Of a DNA stretch of 64,000 nucleotides, positions 45,097 to 54,323 are shown one piece after another. Positions within the stretch are counted from its first letter, which is position 1. Each line of letters begins with the position of its first letter. Below the pieces are notes generated by a model. That model was not told the origin of the DNA. It ran no database searches and saw nothing but the letters and a program-made list of their open reading frames with translations. The stretch is from Pseudonocardiales bacterium (GTDB taxonomy: Bacteria; Actinomycetota; Actinomycetes; Mycobacteriales; Pseudonocardiaceae), in assembly GCA_052390115.1 (NCBI GenBank), contig JBQTHE010000035.1:13088-77087 (forward strand), read 5' to 3'. A program made the position numbers and the translations under genes.

Positions 45097-46317
45097 GTGC
45101 TCGAAACTGAGGAAAAAGTTCTCGACTGGCCATTCGACCTGACGAGTTCCGGATGTCATCCGACTATTTTCGCCGAACTGCGGAAGAATTCGCCGTGCGC
45201 GGTCAGGATTCCGGCCGGTGCGGCGGAACCGCGACGCGCATGGCTGGTGACGAGGTACCCCGACGTCCGTCGGGCACTCATGGACACCCGCCTGAGTGCC
45301 GACGAAACCCTGCCGGGCGCTCCGGTGCGTATCCAGTTGCCCCCGGGCCAGAGACCGTCATCCTTCTTGCGGATGGACGATCCGGAACATGCCAGGCTGC
45401 GTGGAATGATCGCGACAGAATTCACGGCCCGCAGGGTCCGCACATTACGCTCCGCGATTCAGAAGCTGATCGATGAACTGCTCGACGACCTGGCCACCCG
45501 ACCGCAACCGGCAGATCTTCATGACTCTTTCTCCAGAAAGCTGCCGACCTTGGTCATCGCGCGATTGCTGGGTGTGCCGGACGAGGACTCACCGTTTTTC
45601 ATGGAGAAGACGAGAGTCACCATTTCACAGGGAAATCCCAAGCGGTCCTATGCGGCGTTCCAGGAGATGTCGGAATACTTGGGAGCGCTGGCCATCAGGA
45701 AGCAGAAGGACCCCCAGGGGGACTTGATGAGCCGGTTGGCCGTCAATCACCTCGCGAAGGGCGACATCACTCTCGATGAGTTTGTCGGCATAGTGCGACT
45801 CGTGCTGGTGGCCGGCCACGAGACTACCACCAACCAGATCGCTCTCAGCGTCCTTAGCATTCTACTTGACGACGACCTCCGCGCCACGGTACTCCTCGAC
45901 GACGGTGCCCTGATCCCCCGGTACGTCGAGGAATCGATGCGCTACTGGTCGATCTCGAAAGACGCCATGGTCCGCCTGGTCATCGAGGATTTGGAACTCG
46001 GCGGTGTGGTCATGAAAAAGGGCGATGCTGTGGTCATCTCGATACCCGCCGCCAACCACGACGAGTCGATGTTTCCCGACCCCGACCGTATTGATATCCA
46101 CCGCGATACCGGCAGCCACCTGCAGTGGGGCATCGGGCCGCACTACTGTCAAGGTGCTCCGCTGGCGCGGCTGGAAATGGAGCTTTCCCTGAGGACACTG
46201 TTCCAGCGCTTTCCTGATCTACGCTTGGCCGTCGATGCCCCCGACAGCTTGTTCCGTAGGGGCACCGTGTTCCACGGCCTCGAGCGTCTGCCAGTCACCC
46301 TATTACCTCTCGCGTAA
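45097..46317 (+). CDS. Cytochrome P450
   Basis: AGHETT (I-helix), ESMR (ExxR), heme loop LQWGIGPHYCQGAPLA. TTA codons at 45445-45447 and 46303-46305. Confidence 0.85.
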   Translation: MLETEEKVLDWPFDLTSSGCHPTIFAELRKNSPCAVRIPAGAAEPRRAWLVTRYPDVRRALMDTRLSADETLPGAPVRIQLPPGQRPSSFLRMDDPEHARLRGMIATEFTARRVRTLRSAIQKLIDELLDDLATRPQPADLHDSFSRKLPTLVIARLLGVPDEDSPFFMEKTRVTISQGNPKRSYAAFQEMSEYLGALAIRKQKDPQGDLMSRLAVNHLAKGDITLDEFVGIVRLVLVAGHETTTNQIALSVLSILLDDDLRATVLLDDGALIPRYVEESMRYWSISKDAMVRLVIEDLELGGVVMKKGDAVVISIPAANHDESMFPDPDRIDIHRDTGSHLQWGIGPHYCQGAPLARLEMELSLRTLFQRFPDLRLAVDAPDSLFRRGTVFHGLERLPVTLLPLA

Positions 46318-46395
46318 TTGACGTGATGGCGTCGGATGAGGAAGCGTTGCGACGGCAGAGAAGAAATAGCGGGTCGACCGGCAGGAGTACCGCGA

Positions 46396-47901
46396 ATGAC
46401 CTCTGATGCAAGCCCGTCCACCTCCGCAGAGGAGGCCGCGAAGGAGCCTGCGGCGACAGCCGACGCCCCCTCGTGGGGTGCCTTGGCTGTCGTGATGGTA
46501 GGGACCTTTATCACCGTCCTTGACTACTTCATCGCCAACGTGGCCGTTCCCGAGATTCAGCGGAGTCTGGATGCCAGTTCGGCGCAGACCCAGATGGTCA
46601 TCGTCGGTTACGGTGTGGCGTTCACTGCGGGCATGATCACCGGTGGCCGGATCGGAGACCTCTACGGCCGTCGGCGCATGTTCACCCTGGGGATGGCGGT
46701 GTTCACGCTCGCCTCCTTGGCGTGCGGCATCGCTCCGTCCGCTGATGCCCTGGTCATTGCCCGCGTGGTGCAGGGAGTCGCGGCGGCGCTCATGGTTCCA
46801 CAGGTGCTCGGCATCCTCGGCACCGTGTACACCGGCCCGAGCCGCGCCCGAGCCTTCGCCATCTACGGCCTTGTGATCGGGTTGGCCGGCGTCTTGGGAC
46901 AGGTGATCGGCGGTGTGCTGATCACAGTGGACGTGGCAGGTCTCGGCTGGCGGACCGTCTTCCTGATCAACGTCCCGATCTGTCTCGCGGCGCTGGCCTT
47001 CGTGTCGCGCGTGGTGCCGGAGTCCCGCGGCGCGGATGGGGCACGTCTGGACCTGGTGGGGGCGCTCCTGGTGACGGCTCCGCTGGTCCTCATCGTGTAC
47101 TCGCTGGTAGAGGGCCGAGAGCAAGGCTGGCCGTCGTGGAGTTGGGTGTGCCTGATCGCGGCAGCCGTGCTGCTCGCACTGGCCGTCGCGCACCTGCGCA
47201 GGCGCAAGAGCCGGGGCCGTAGCCCGCTGATCGACCCGGCGCTGTTCCGCGGGCGGAGTTTCTCGGTCGGTCTGGCCGCTACTGTGACCTACTTCCTGGC
47301 CATGGGCTCCTTCTTCTTCCTGCTCGCGCTCTACCTACAGCAGGGGCGCGGGCTGTCCCCGCTGGAATCCGGTCTGCTGTTCCTCGCTCTCGGTGCGGGC
47401 TACTTCGGATCCTCTCTGATGTCCGTACGACTCGCTGCCGAACTGGGTCGCCAGTTGGTGGCACTCGGGCCGCTGACGCTGGCCGCCGGCTACGTACTGG
47501 TCGGCATCACGGTGGCCAAGACCGGAATGACCGGCAACATCTTATGGTTGGTACCCGTGCTCCTGATCGCCGGCATAGGCATGGGAATGACCACCGGTCC
47601 GCTGACCAACGTCGTGCTGACGGGCGTCGACCCAGAACACGCCGCCTCTGCCTCCGGAGCGGTCAATACGGCGCAGGAAGGGGGCGCGGCGATCGGTGTC
47701 GCGATCGTCGGCACCGTCTTCTACCCCGCCCTCAGTACCGCCGCCGCCGATCCTGCCGCCTACTCCTACGCCTTTGATGTCGCGCTGATCCCGCTCGTGG
47801 TTTTCTGTGTCGCGACCGCAGCCATGGTGCAGTTGCTGCCGCGTCGTACCCGGGCGGTGACTCCTGTGCGTGTTGCCATGCCACCGCCCGGCAATCCCTG
47901 A
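46396..47901 (+). CDS. DHA2 (EmrB/QacA-type, 14-TM) MFS efflux transporter
   Basis: LAVVMVGTFITVLDYFIANVAVPEIQRSL, GRIGDLYGRRRMF. TTA codon at 47542-47544. Confidence 0.85.
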   Translation: MTSDASPSTSAEEAAKEPAATADAPSWGALAVVMVGTFITVLDYFIANVAVPEIQRSLDASSAQTQMVIVGYGVAFTAGMITGGRIGDLYGRRRMFTLGMAVFTLASLACGIAPSADALVIARVVQGVAAALMVPQVLGILGTVYTGPSRARAFAIYGLVIGLAGVLGQVIGGVLITVDVAGLGWRTVFLINVPICLAALAFVSRVVPESRGADGARLDLVGALLVTAPLVLIVYSLVEGREQGWPSWSWVCLIAAAVLLALAVAHLRRRKSRGRSPLIDPALFRGRSFSVGLAATVTYFLAMGSFFFLLALYLQQGRGLSPLESGLLFLALGAGYFGSSLMSVRLAAELGRQLVALGPLTLAAGYVLVGITVAKTGMTGNILWLVPVLLIAGIGMGMTTGPLTNVVLTGVDPEHAASASGAVNTAQEGGAAIGVAIVGTVFYPALSTAAADPAAYSYAFDVALIPLVVFCVATAAMVQLLPRRTRAVTPVRVAMPPPGNP

Positions 47902-47936
47902 CAAGCAGGGCCGCCGCCACAACTCGAGGACTCTCA

Positions 47937-48776
47937 ATGCCGTTCGTAACCACCAGAGACGGTACGAACCTCTTCTACAACGACTGGGGCACAGGCCGGC
48001 CGGTTGTCCTGCTGGGTACTGCCATGATGAATTCGCGCATGTGGGAGTTCCAGGCGCCCTACCTCGTGAAACACGGCCTGCGCTGTATCACCTACGACCG
48101 GCGTGGTTGCGGACGCTCGGACTGGCCCTGGGAAGGCTACGGTTATGACACCCTCGCGGACGATCTTGTGGACTTGATTGAGCATCTCGATCTCCGCAGG
48201 GCTAATCTCGTCGGGTATGCGGTCGGCGGCGGCGAGGCCGCCCGATATCTGGCACGACACGGTACCGAACGCGTGGCTAAGCTCGCCCTCGTCAGCTCGA
48301 CCACACCATTCATGATGAGAACGGAGAACAGTCCAGACGGCGTGGAAGTAGCCGCCTTTGACGAGATGGTCAGCGCCATGATTAAAGACCGGGCACGGTG
48401 GATGGCCAGCCTCGTCGCACCGTTCTTCGGTGGTTCTGACACGGATCCGGCCGACCTCCCCCTCTCACCCGAACTCGCACGGTGGATGGTGGAGATAGCC
48501 CTAGATAGTTCACCGAGAGCCGCGCTCGAGATCTATCGAACGCTCTTCACTGCCGACCAGCGTGACGAGCTGAGCAAGATCACCTTGCCAACTCTGATCA
48601 TCCACGGTGAAGCCGACGTGGGTGCACCCATCGAACTCTGCGGGCGCAGGTCCGCAGCGTTGATCCCGAACAGCAGGTTCGTCAGCTACGAGAACGCCGC
48701 ACACGGGTTGTTCGCTACTCATGCGGATCGACTCAACAGAGACCTGCTCTCCTTCCTGGGGGATGACCTCCCCTGA
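47937..48776 (+). CDS. Alpha/beta hydrolase of the non-haem haloperoxidase/arylesterase type, with Ala replacing the nucleophile Ser
   Basis: MPFVTTRDGTNLFYNDWGTGRPVVLL...YDRRGCGRS. Elbow LVGYAVGGGEAARYL where the family has LVGFSMGGGEVARY. Asp (HGEADVG) and His (AAHGL) positions are retained. Confidence 0.75.
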   Translation: MPFVTTRDGTNLFYNDWGTGRPVVLLGTAMMNSRMWEFQAPYLVKHGLRCITYDRRGCGRSDWPWEGYGYDTLADDLVDLIEHLDLRRANLVGYAVGGGEAARYLARHGTERVAKLALVSSTTPFMMRTENSPDGVEVAAFDEMVSAMIKDRARWMASLVAPFFGGSDTDPADLPLSPELARWMVEIALDSSPRAALEIYRTLFTADQRDELSKITLPTLIIHGEADVGAPIELCGRRSAALIPNSRFVSYENAAHGLFATHADRLNRDLLSFLGDDLP

Positions 48777-49048
48777 CACAGGCGTGGGAAGAACCACACG
48801 GTGTCCGGAAATTCGGTGTCGCCATGGGCCATCGCCTTCCCGAGTATCCAGGCGATGGTGGCCCCCATCGCGCCGAGCACCACCGCGAAACCGAGTACCA
48901 CGGCGCCGATCAGATCAGCGGGTGCATTTATGATGATCAGGAGCGGCACCGCTGCCAACAACAGGGCAGGCATCGCAGCCGAGCCCAGCGCATCGAGTAC
49001 CAGGACCACGCGAAGTACCCTGCTTCGGTGTGCCTGCCGTGTCGCCAT
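48719..49048 (-). CDS. Small two-TM membrane protein (hypothetical)
   Basis: LGSAAMPALLLAAVPLLIII and LIGAVVLGFAVVLGAMGATIAWIL. The 3' end overlaps the convergent hydrolase gene by 58 nt, so the call is weak. Confidence 0.35.
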   Translation of the reverse strand: MATRQAHRSRVLRVVLVLDALGSAAMPALLLAAVPLLIIINAPADLIGAVVLGFAVVLGAMGATIAWILGKAMAHGDTEFPDTVWFFPRLCQGRSSPRKESRSLLSRSA

Positions 49049-49174
49049 CGGGCACCTACTTTCTCGCTGCCATGAGCACGGTGCTCAGGAGGTAGGATAC
49101 CCACGCCAACGAGCTGCGCCGATTACCTCCGAGGTCACTCTCTGCTCGCTGAAGTGGTCACCGAAACGCTGGGG

Positions 49175-50269
49175 TCAGGCGGCAGCCACGGTGCCCTCGC
49201 GCACCGGTTTGCTCACGTCGTGCAGGAACGACGCTACCTCACGGTAGGAGGCGAGCAAGCCGACCTCGTAGTAAGGAATACCGTTCTGCTCGCAGTACGC
49301 CCGTACAATCTTCTGGCACTTGCTAAAATTCATCTGCGGCATCGTCGGAAACAGGTGGTGCTCGATCTGGTAGTTCAGGCCGCCGTAGATGAAGTCGACC
49401 AGCAGCGACGGCTTGATGTTGCGCGAGGTCAGCACCTGCCGCTCGAACCATTCCAGCGATTCCTCGCCAGTGCGCACCGGCATACCCTTGTGGTTGGGTG
49501 CGAACAGCATGCCAAAGTACACACCGAGCACCGCCTGCTGCACCAGCACGAACACGATGGCCTTCACCGGCGAAAGTACGGTGAACACGCAACCGAGCAA
49601 AATGGCAACGTGGGCAAACAGTAGCAAGGCTTCGATCCACGGGTAGCGTACGATGCGTTGGTGCAGCGCCTTGATCGCGGTGAGGTGCATTTTCATGCCT
49701 TCCAGCACAAGCAGCACGAAGAACAGCACGCTCTGGTAGCGCACCACGAACTTCTGCGTGCGGCGGCGGGACGGATACTGGGAGATGTCGAAGATCGCTG
49801 TGCGTCGGCCGATGTCTGAGTCGTTCTCCAGATGGTTGGGGAAGCTGTGGTGGCGGTTGTGGTGGTTGATCCACCAGCCATAGCTCACTCCGTTCACCAG
49901 GTTGGCGTGGAACCAGCCAACCAACGTGGCCGCGGTTTTGTTGCGGAACATGGCCTTGTGTCCGGCGTCGTGCCACAGGAACGCGCTCTGCCCCCCGCAG
50001 AAGCCCATCCACACGGCGACCGCGAGCTGCCACCAGGAGTCGCCGATCAAGAAGAACGCTACTAGTCCGGCGACCAGCAGCAGAGTGTTGAATGCGATCT
50101 TGAGGACGTAGCGCCCCAGGCGCGGGTCGAGTAACCCGGCGTCCTTGACCAGCTTGGACAGCTCGCGAAAATTTCGGCCGGTCTCGGCTACGTGCGATCG
50201 GTTGAAGTCGAGTTCTGGTGCATTGGCGACTGACACCGAACTGGCGTCGGTGGATCCACGAACTTGCAT
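49175..50269 (-). CDS. Membrane fatty-acid desaturase (three His boxes)
   Basis: RBS aaggag 8 nt before ATG 50269. HDAGH, HNRHH, QIEHHLFP. Confidence 0.85.
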   Translation of the reverse strand: MQVRGSTDASSVSVANAPELDFNRSHVAETGRNFRELSKLVKDAGLLDPRLGRYVLKIAFNTLLLVAGLVAFFLIGDSWWQLAVAVWMGFCGGQSAFLWHDAGHKAMFRNKTAATLVGWFHANLVNGVSYGWWINHHNRHHSFPNHLENDSDIGRRTAIFDISQYPSRRRTQKFVVRYQSVLFFVLLVLEGMKMHLTAIKALHQRIVRYPWIEALLLFAHVAILLGCVFTVLSPVKAIVFVLVQQAVLGVYFGMLFAPNHKGMPVRTGEESLEWFERQVLTSRNIKPSLLVDFIYGGLNYQIEHHLFPTMPQMNFSKCQKIVRAYCEQNGIPYYEVGLLASYREVASFLHDVSKPVREGTVAAA

Positions 50270-50291
50270 TCTGAAGCTCCTTTCGAGCAGG

Positions 50292-51755
50292 TCACTGCGG
50301 CAGGTTGTCGTGCCGGTAGTGCGGCTGATTGGCACCGGACAGCGCGCGTAGCGTCGCGGCAACCACCGCTGGGGTCTGCTGCGGCTGGATGATCTCGTCC
50401 ACGGACATCCGTTCCGCAGCGAGATGCACGGCCGTGGCCTCCGCCCGGTAACGCGAGACCAGGGCGTCCCGGGCGTCCGGATCGGCGGCAAGCTCCCGCC
50501 GGAAGATCACGTCGACAGCGCCCTCGGCGCCCATCACCGTCAGTTCCGCGCCCGGCCAGGCGAATACCGCGTCCGCGCCGAGCGACTTGGAGTTCATGAC
50601 GATGTACGCGCCGCCGAACGCCTTGCGCAGCACCACCGTCACCCGCGGCACTGTCGCTTCGGCGTAGGCGTACAACAGCTTGGCACCCTTGCGGATCACC
50701 CCGCCGTTCTCCTGGCTGGTGCCGGGCAGGAAACCGGGCGTGTCCACCAGGGTCACCAACGGCAGGCCGAAAGCGTCACACATGCGCACGAACCGGGCCG
50801 CCTTCTCCGCGGACCTGATGTCCAGCGTGCCGGCCAGCTCCTGGGGCTGGTTGGCCACCACACCGACCGGCGCGCCCTCGACTCTGGCGAAGCCGATCAC
50901 GATGTTGGGGGCGAACCGCGGCTGCAGCTCGAGGAAGCTGCCGGCGTCCACCACACCGCGAATCACGCCCCGCACGTCGTAGGACTTGCGGTGGTCGGCG
51001 GGCACCTCGGGTACCGGTTCCGGCTCGCACGGCAGCGTCATGGGCGGCCGGTCCCAGCAGGACGCCGGCAGGTAGGACAGCACCTGGCGGGCCAGTGCGA
51101 TGGCCTTGCACTCGTTCTCAGCCTCCAGGTGAACCACCCCGGAGTGCCTTGTGTGCACGTCGATCCCGCCGAGTTCCTCGCCGGTGACGTCTTCGAAGGT
51201 GACCGCCTTGACCACCCTGGGACCGGTGAGGAACATCTGCGCCCTCGGTCGCTGCATGATCACCACGTCGGTGAGGGCCGGCGAGTACACGGCGCCGCCC
51301 GCGCACGGGCCGAGGATCACCGAGATCTGCGGAATCCGGCCGGACTGCAGCACGTTGGCCCGGAAGATGCCGCCGTAGCCGTCCAGCGCGCCGACACCCT
51401 CCTGGATGCGGGCACCGCCGGAGTCCAGCAATCCCACCACAGGCATCCGGGAACGGGCCGCGCACCCCATGATCCGGATGATCTTGGCGGCATGCACCTC
51501 GCCGAGCGAGCCGCCGAGCACGGAGGAGTCCTGGGCGAACAGCGCCAGAGGGCAGCCGCCAACTCGTGCCAGTCCGGTGAGCACACCGTCGCCGGCCGGA
51601 CGGCGGTGCTGCATGTCGAACGCTGTGCTGCGGTGCCGGGCCTGGCTGCCCAGCTCGGCGAAGGAGTCGGGATCAGCCAACTGGGCCAGTCGCTGCCGCG
51701 CGGACAGCTGCACCGGCGGGTGGGCGGCCACGGCGTCCGGCGCGACGGCGGTCAT
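50292..51755 (-). CDS. Acyl-CoA carboxylase carboxyltransferase (beta) subunit, AccD/PccB-type
   Basis: The ATG shares ATGA with the KS stop. GGSLGEVHAAKIIRIM, DSGGARIQEGV, GPCAGGAVYSPALTD, FAWPGAELTVMGAEGAV. No biotin-carboxylase partner in the window. Confidence 0.85.
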   Translation of the reverse strand: MTAVAPDAVAAHPPVQLSARQRLAQLADPDSFAELGSQARHRSTAFDMQHRRPAGDGVLTGLARVGGCPLALFAQDSSVLGGSLGEVHAAKIIRIMGCAARSRMPVVGLLDSGGARIQEGVGALDGYGGIFRANVLQSGRIPQISVILGPCAGGAVYSPALTDVVIMQRPRAQMFLTGPRVVKAVTFEDVTGEELGGIDVHTRHSGVVHLEAENECKAIALARQVLSYLPASCWDRPPMTLPCEPEPVPEVPADHRKSYDVRGVIRGVVDAGSFLELQPRFAPNIVIGFARVEGAPVGVVANQPQELAGTLDIRSAEKAARFVRMCDAFGLPLVTLVDTPGFLPGTSQENGGVIRKGAKLLYAYAEATVPRVTVVLRKAFGGAYIVMNSKSLGADAVFAWPGAELTVMGAEGAVDVIFRRELAADPDARDALVSRYRAEATAVHLAAERMSVDEIIQPQQTPAVVAATLRALSGANQPHYRHDNLPQ

Positions 51756-52969
51756 GGTGCGGTCACCACCAACACCGCGTTCTGCCCACCGAAGCCGAAC
51801 GAGTTGCTCACCGCGACCTCGATGCGTCGGCGGACCGGATGATCCGCCACCTGGATGCTGATGCGGGGGTCCAGGTGATTCAGGTTGGCAGTTGGTGGAA
51901 CCAGCTGGCATTCGAGCGCGAGCACCGAGAACGCCGCCTCCGCGGCGCCCGCCGCGCCGAACATGTGGCCGGTCACTCCCTTGGTCGAGGTGACCACGGG
52001 TCGGTCGCCGAGCACCCGGTCGATCACTTGAGCCTCGATGATGTCGTTGAGCGGGGTCGACGTGCCGTGCGCATTCACGTGATCGACCTGGTCGGGTCCG
52101 ATCCGAGCGTCGGCCAGCGCCGTTCGCAGTGCCTGTTCGCACCCCCGACCGGCCGGATCCGGCGCGGTGACGTGGTGTGCATCGGCGCTTGCGCCGAAGC
52201 CGGCCACCATCCCGCGCACCCGGGCACCCCTGGCCCGCGCGTCTGCTGGTCGTTCCAGCACTAGCACCGCACCACCCTCGCCGGCCACAAAGCCGTCCCG
52301 CGCCTCGTCGAACGGCCGGGACGCCGACGACGGATCACCGACCCGGCCCGACAGCGCGCCCATCTGGGCGAATCCGGCCATCACCAGCGGGGTGATCATC
52401 GCCTCGCTGCCGCCGGCGAGCACGACGTCACACCGGTCCAGCGTGAGCAGGTCACGCGCCAACCCGATGGCGGTGGCGCCCGAGGCGCACGCGGTGGCCA
52501 CCACCAGGCTCGGGCCGGTGAGGCCGAGGTCGATGGACACCTGGCCGGCCGACATATTCGGCAGCTGCATGGGCAGCAGCAACGGCGACACCCTGGTCGG
52601 CGCCTCATCGAGCAGCACGCGGTGCTGCTGCTCCACCGTGCCGGGGCCGCCGTCGGCGCACCCCAGCACCACTGCGATCCGGGCGCTGTCCCAGGCCACC
52701 GGGTCGAGACCGGCGTCGGCCACCGCCTCTCGCGCGGCCACCACGGCGAACTGTACGAACCGGTCCATCCTTCTGGCCACCCGGCCACCGAGCAGCTCGG
52801 TTGGCTCGACCGAGACCCGGGAACTGAAGTTCACCGGCAGGCCGGCCAGCGTCGGGTCGGGTCGCGCGGTCGGTATGCCGGTGCTGACGCCGGCCCAGGA
52901 CGCCGCGACGTCGGCTCCGGCCGGCGTGTACATGCCGAGGCCGGTGACCGCGACAGGACACCCCGCCAT
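51752..52969 (-). CDS. Beta-ketoacyl-ACP synthase II (FabF-like elongating KS)
   Basis: ATACASGATAIG (Cys), NAHGTSTPLND, TGHMFGAAG. 1-nt overlap (TGATG) with the ACP gene. Confidence 0.9.
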   Translation of the reverse strand: MAGCPVAVTGLGMYTPAGADVAASWAGVSTGIPTARPDPTLAGLPVNFSSRVSVEPTELLGGRVARRMDRFVQFAVVAAREAVADAGLDPVAWDSARIAVVLGCADGGPGTVEQQHRVLLDEAPTRVSPLLLPMQLPNMSAGQVSIDLGLTGPSLVVATACASGATAIGLARDLLTLDRCDVVLAGGSEAMITPLVMAGFAQMGALSGRVGDPSSASRPFDEARDGFVAGEGGAVLVLERPADARARGARVRGMVAGFGASADAHHVTAPDPAGRGCEQALRTALADARIGPDQVDHVNAHGTSTPLNDIIEAQVIDRVLGDRPVVTSTKGVTGHMFGAAGAAEAAFSVLALECQLVPPTANLNHLDPRISIQVADHPVRRRIEVAVSNSFGFGGQNAVLVVTAP

Positions 52970-53202
52970 CAGACCGTCGCACTCCGGCTTGTGACCAGGT
53001 CCACGACCGACTCCAGCCGACCGGCTTGCGCTAGGTCGTCGTCGGTCACCCGGACGCCGATCTCCTTCTCGATGACCAGGGCGAGCTCGACCAGGTCCAG
53101 CGAGTCGAGGCCGAGGTCCCTCAGCGTGGCCTCCGGCTCGATGTCCTCGGTCGGCACCTGGAACTTGCGCTCCATGATTTGCTTGAGGTGCTCGTACATC
53201 AA
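52969..53202 (-). CDS. Acyl carrier protein
   Basis: LRDLGLDSLDLVELAL. ATGA overlap with KASIII. Confidence 0.85.
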   Translation of the reverse strand: MMYEHLKQIMERKFQVPTEDIEPEATLRDLGLDSLDLVELALVIEKEIGVRVTDDDLAQAGRLESVVDLVTSRSATV

Positions 53203-54323
53203 TTTCTCCTAGGTGGTGGCGACGGGGAATCGGTCGGCTCCGCCTCGTCGCATGAGCTGGCCAGCTGGTCGCCGGTCGCGGCGAACGCAGTGATGTCGGG
53301 CCAGCGCAGGGTGGCCGCGCCCCAGGTGAGGCCACCGCCGAAGCCGGCGACCAGAACTCGGTGACCGGCTCGCAGCTCGCCGGCCACCGCGGCCTGGGCC
53401 AGCAGCAGTGGGATGGACGCCGCGGCGGTGTTGCCGACCCGGTCGATGTTGCTGACCTGCCGGTCCCTGGTGATACCCAGCCCTGACGCGACCGAGGCGC
53501 AGATCCGAATGTTGGCCTGGTGCGGGACGAACCTGTCGACGTCTTCGACACGCCAGCCGGCTCGGCGCAGCGCGCGCAGCGAACAGTCGGTGATCCGCTC
53601 GACCGCATTCCGGTAGACTTCGCCGCCGCGCATCTGGAAGTAGCGGTCGGCCTCGGCCATCTGCTCGCCGGAGGAACGCTGCCGCGCTCCCCCGGACGGG
53701 ATGCAGATCAGCTCGCTACCGCCACCGTCGCTGCCCAGCACGCACGGCCCGACCACGCCCGGCTCGCCGGCCGTGCCGGCCCGCAGCACCACCGCTCCGG
53801 CGCCGTCGGCGAAGATCACCGCGGTGTTCCGGTCGTTCGGGTTGATGATCGTGGAAAACGCCTCGGCACCAATCAGCAGCACCCGGTCGGCGGTGCCGCT
53901 GGCGATCACACCGACCGCGCTGGCCAGCCCGTAGAGGAATCCGCTGCACACCGCGGACACGTCCCAGGCCGCCACCCCGGTCAGCCCGAGCCGGGCGGCC
54001 ACCGCGGGCGCGGTCGCCGGGCACAGGCAGTCGGGCGTGGTGGTGGCCAGCACCACCGCGTCCACGTCGACTCCACCGGCGGACTTAAGCGCCAGCGCGC
54101 CGGCCTCTGTGGCCAGGTCGCCGGTGGCCATGCCCCGGTCGACCACGTGCCGGGCCCGGATGCCGGTCCGGCTGGTGATCCACTCGTCCGAGGTGTTCAG
54201 GTGGGTGGCCAGGTCGTCGTTGGTCACCACCCGAGGTGGGAGCCAGGCGCCCGCACCGCAGATCACCGCGTGCCGGTCCGCGGCGGGACCCCGACGGGCG
54301 GTTGACGTTGCCACGGTGGTCAT
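53199..54323 (-). CDS. Beta-ketoacyl-ACP synthase III (FabH-like) with ~30-aa C-terminal extension
   Basis: AVCSGFLYG (Cys), VPHQANIRI (His), VGNTAAASIP (Asn). ATGA overlap with the di-iron gene. Confidence 0.85.
   Translation of the reverse strand: MTTVATSTARRGPAADRHAVICGAGAWLPPRVVTNDDLATHLNTSDEWITSRTGIRARHVVDRGMATGDLATEAGALALKSAGGVDVDAVVLATTTPDCLCPATAPAVAARLGLTGVAAWDVSAVCSGFLYGLASAVGVIASGTADRVLLIGAEAFSTIINPNDRNTAVIFADGAGAVVLRAGTAGEPGVVGPCVLGSDGGGSELICIPSGGARQRSSGEQMAEADRYFQMRGGEVYRNAVERITDCSLRALRRAGWRVEDVDRFVPHQANIRICASVASGLGITRDRQVSNIDRVGNTAAASIPLLLAQAAVAGELRAGHRVLVAGFGGGLTWGAATLRWPDITAFAATGDQLASSCDEAEPTDSPSPPPRRN

Noticed and set aside
45097-46317. The P450 heme loop WGIGPHYCQG (Trp in place of the usual Phe) as evidence of a non-functional P450.
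   Set aside because: The Cys ligand, ExxR and the I-helix AGHETT are intact. The first residue of the loop is variable among P450s, so no functional inference is justified.
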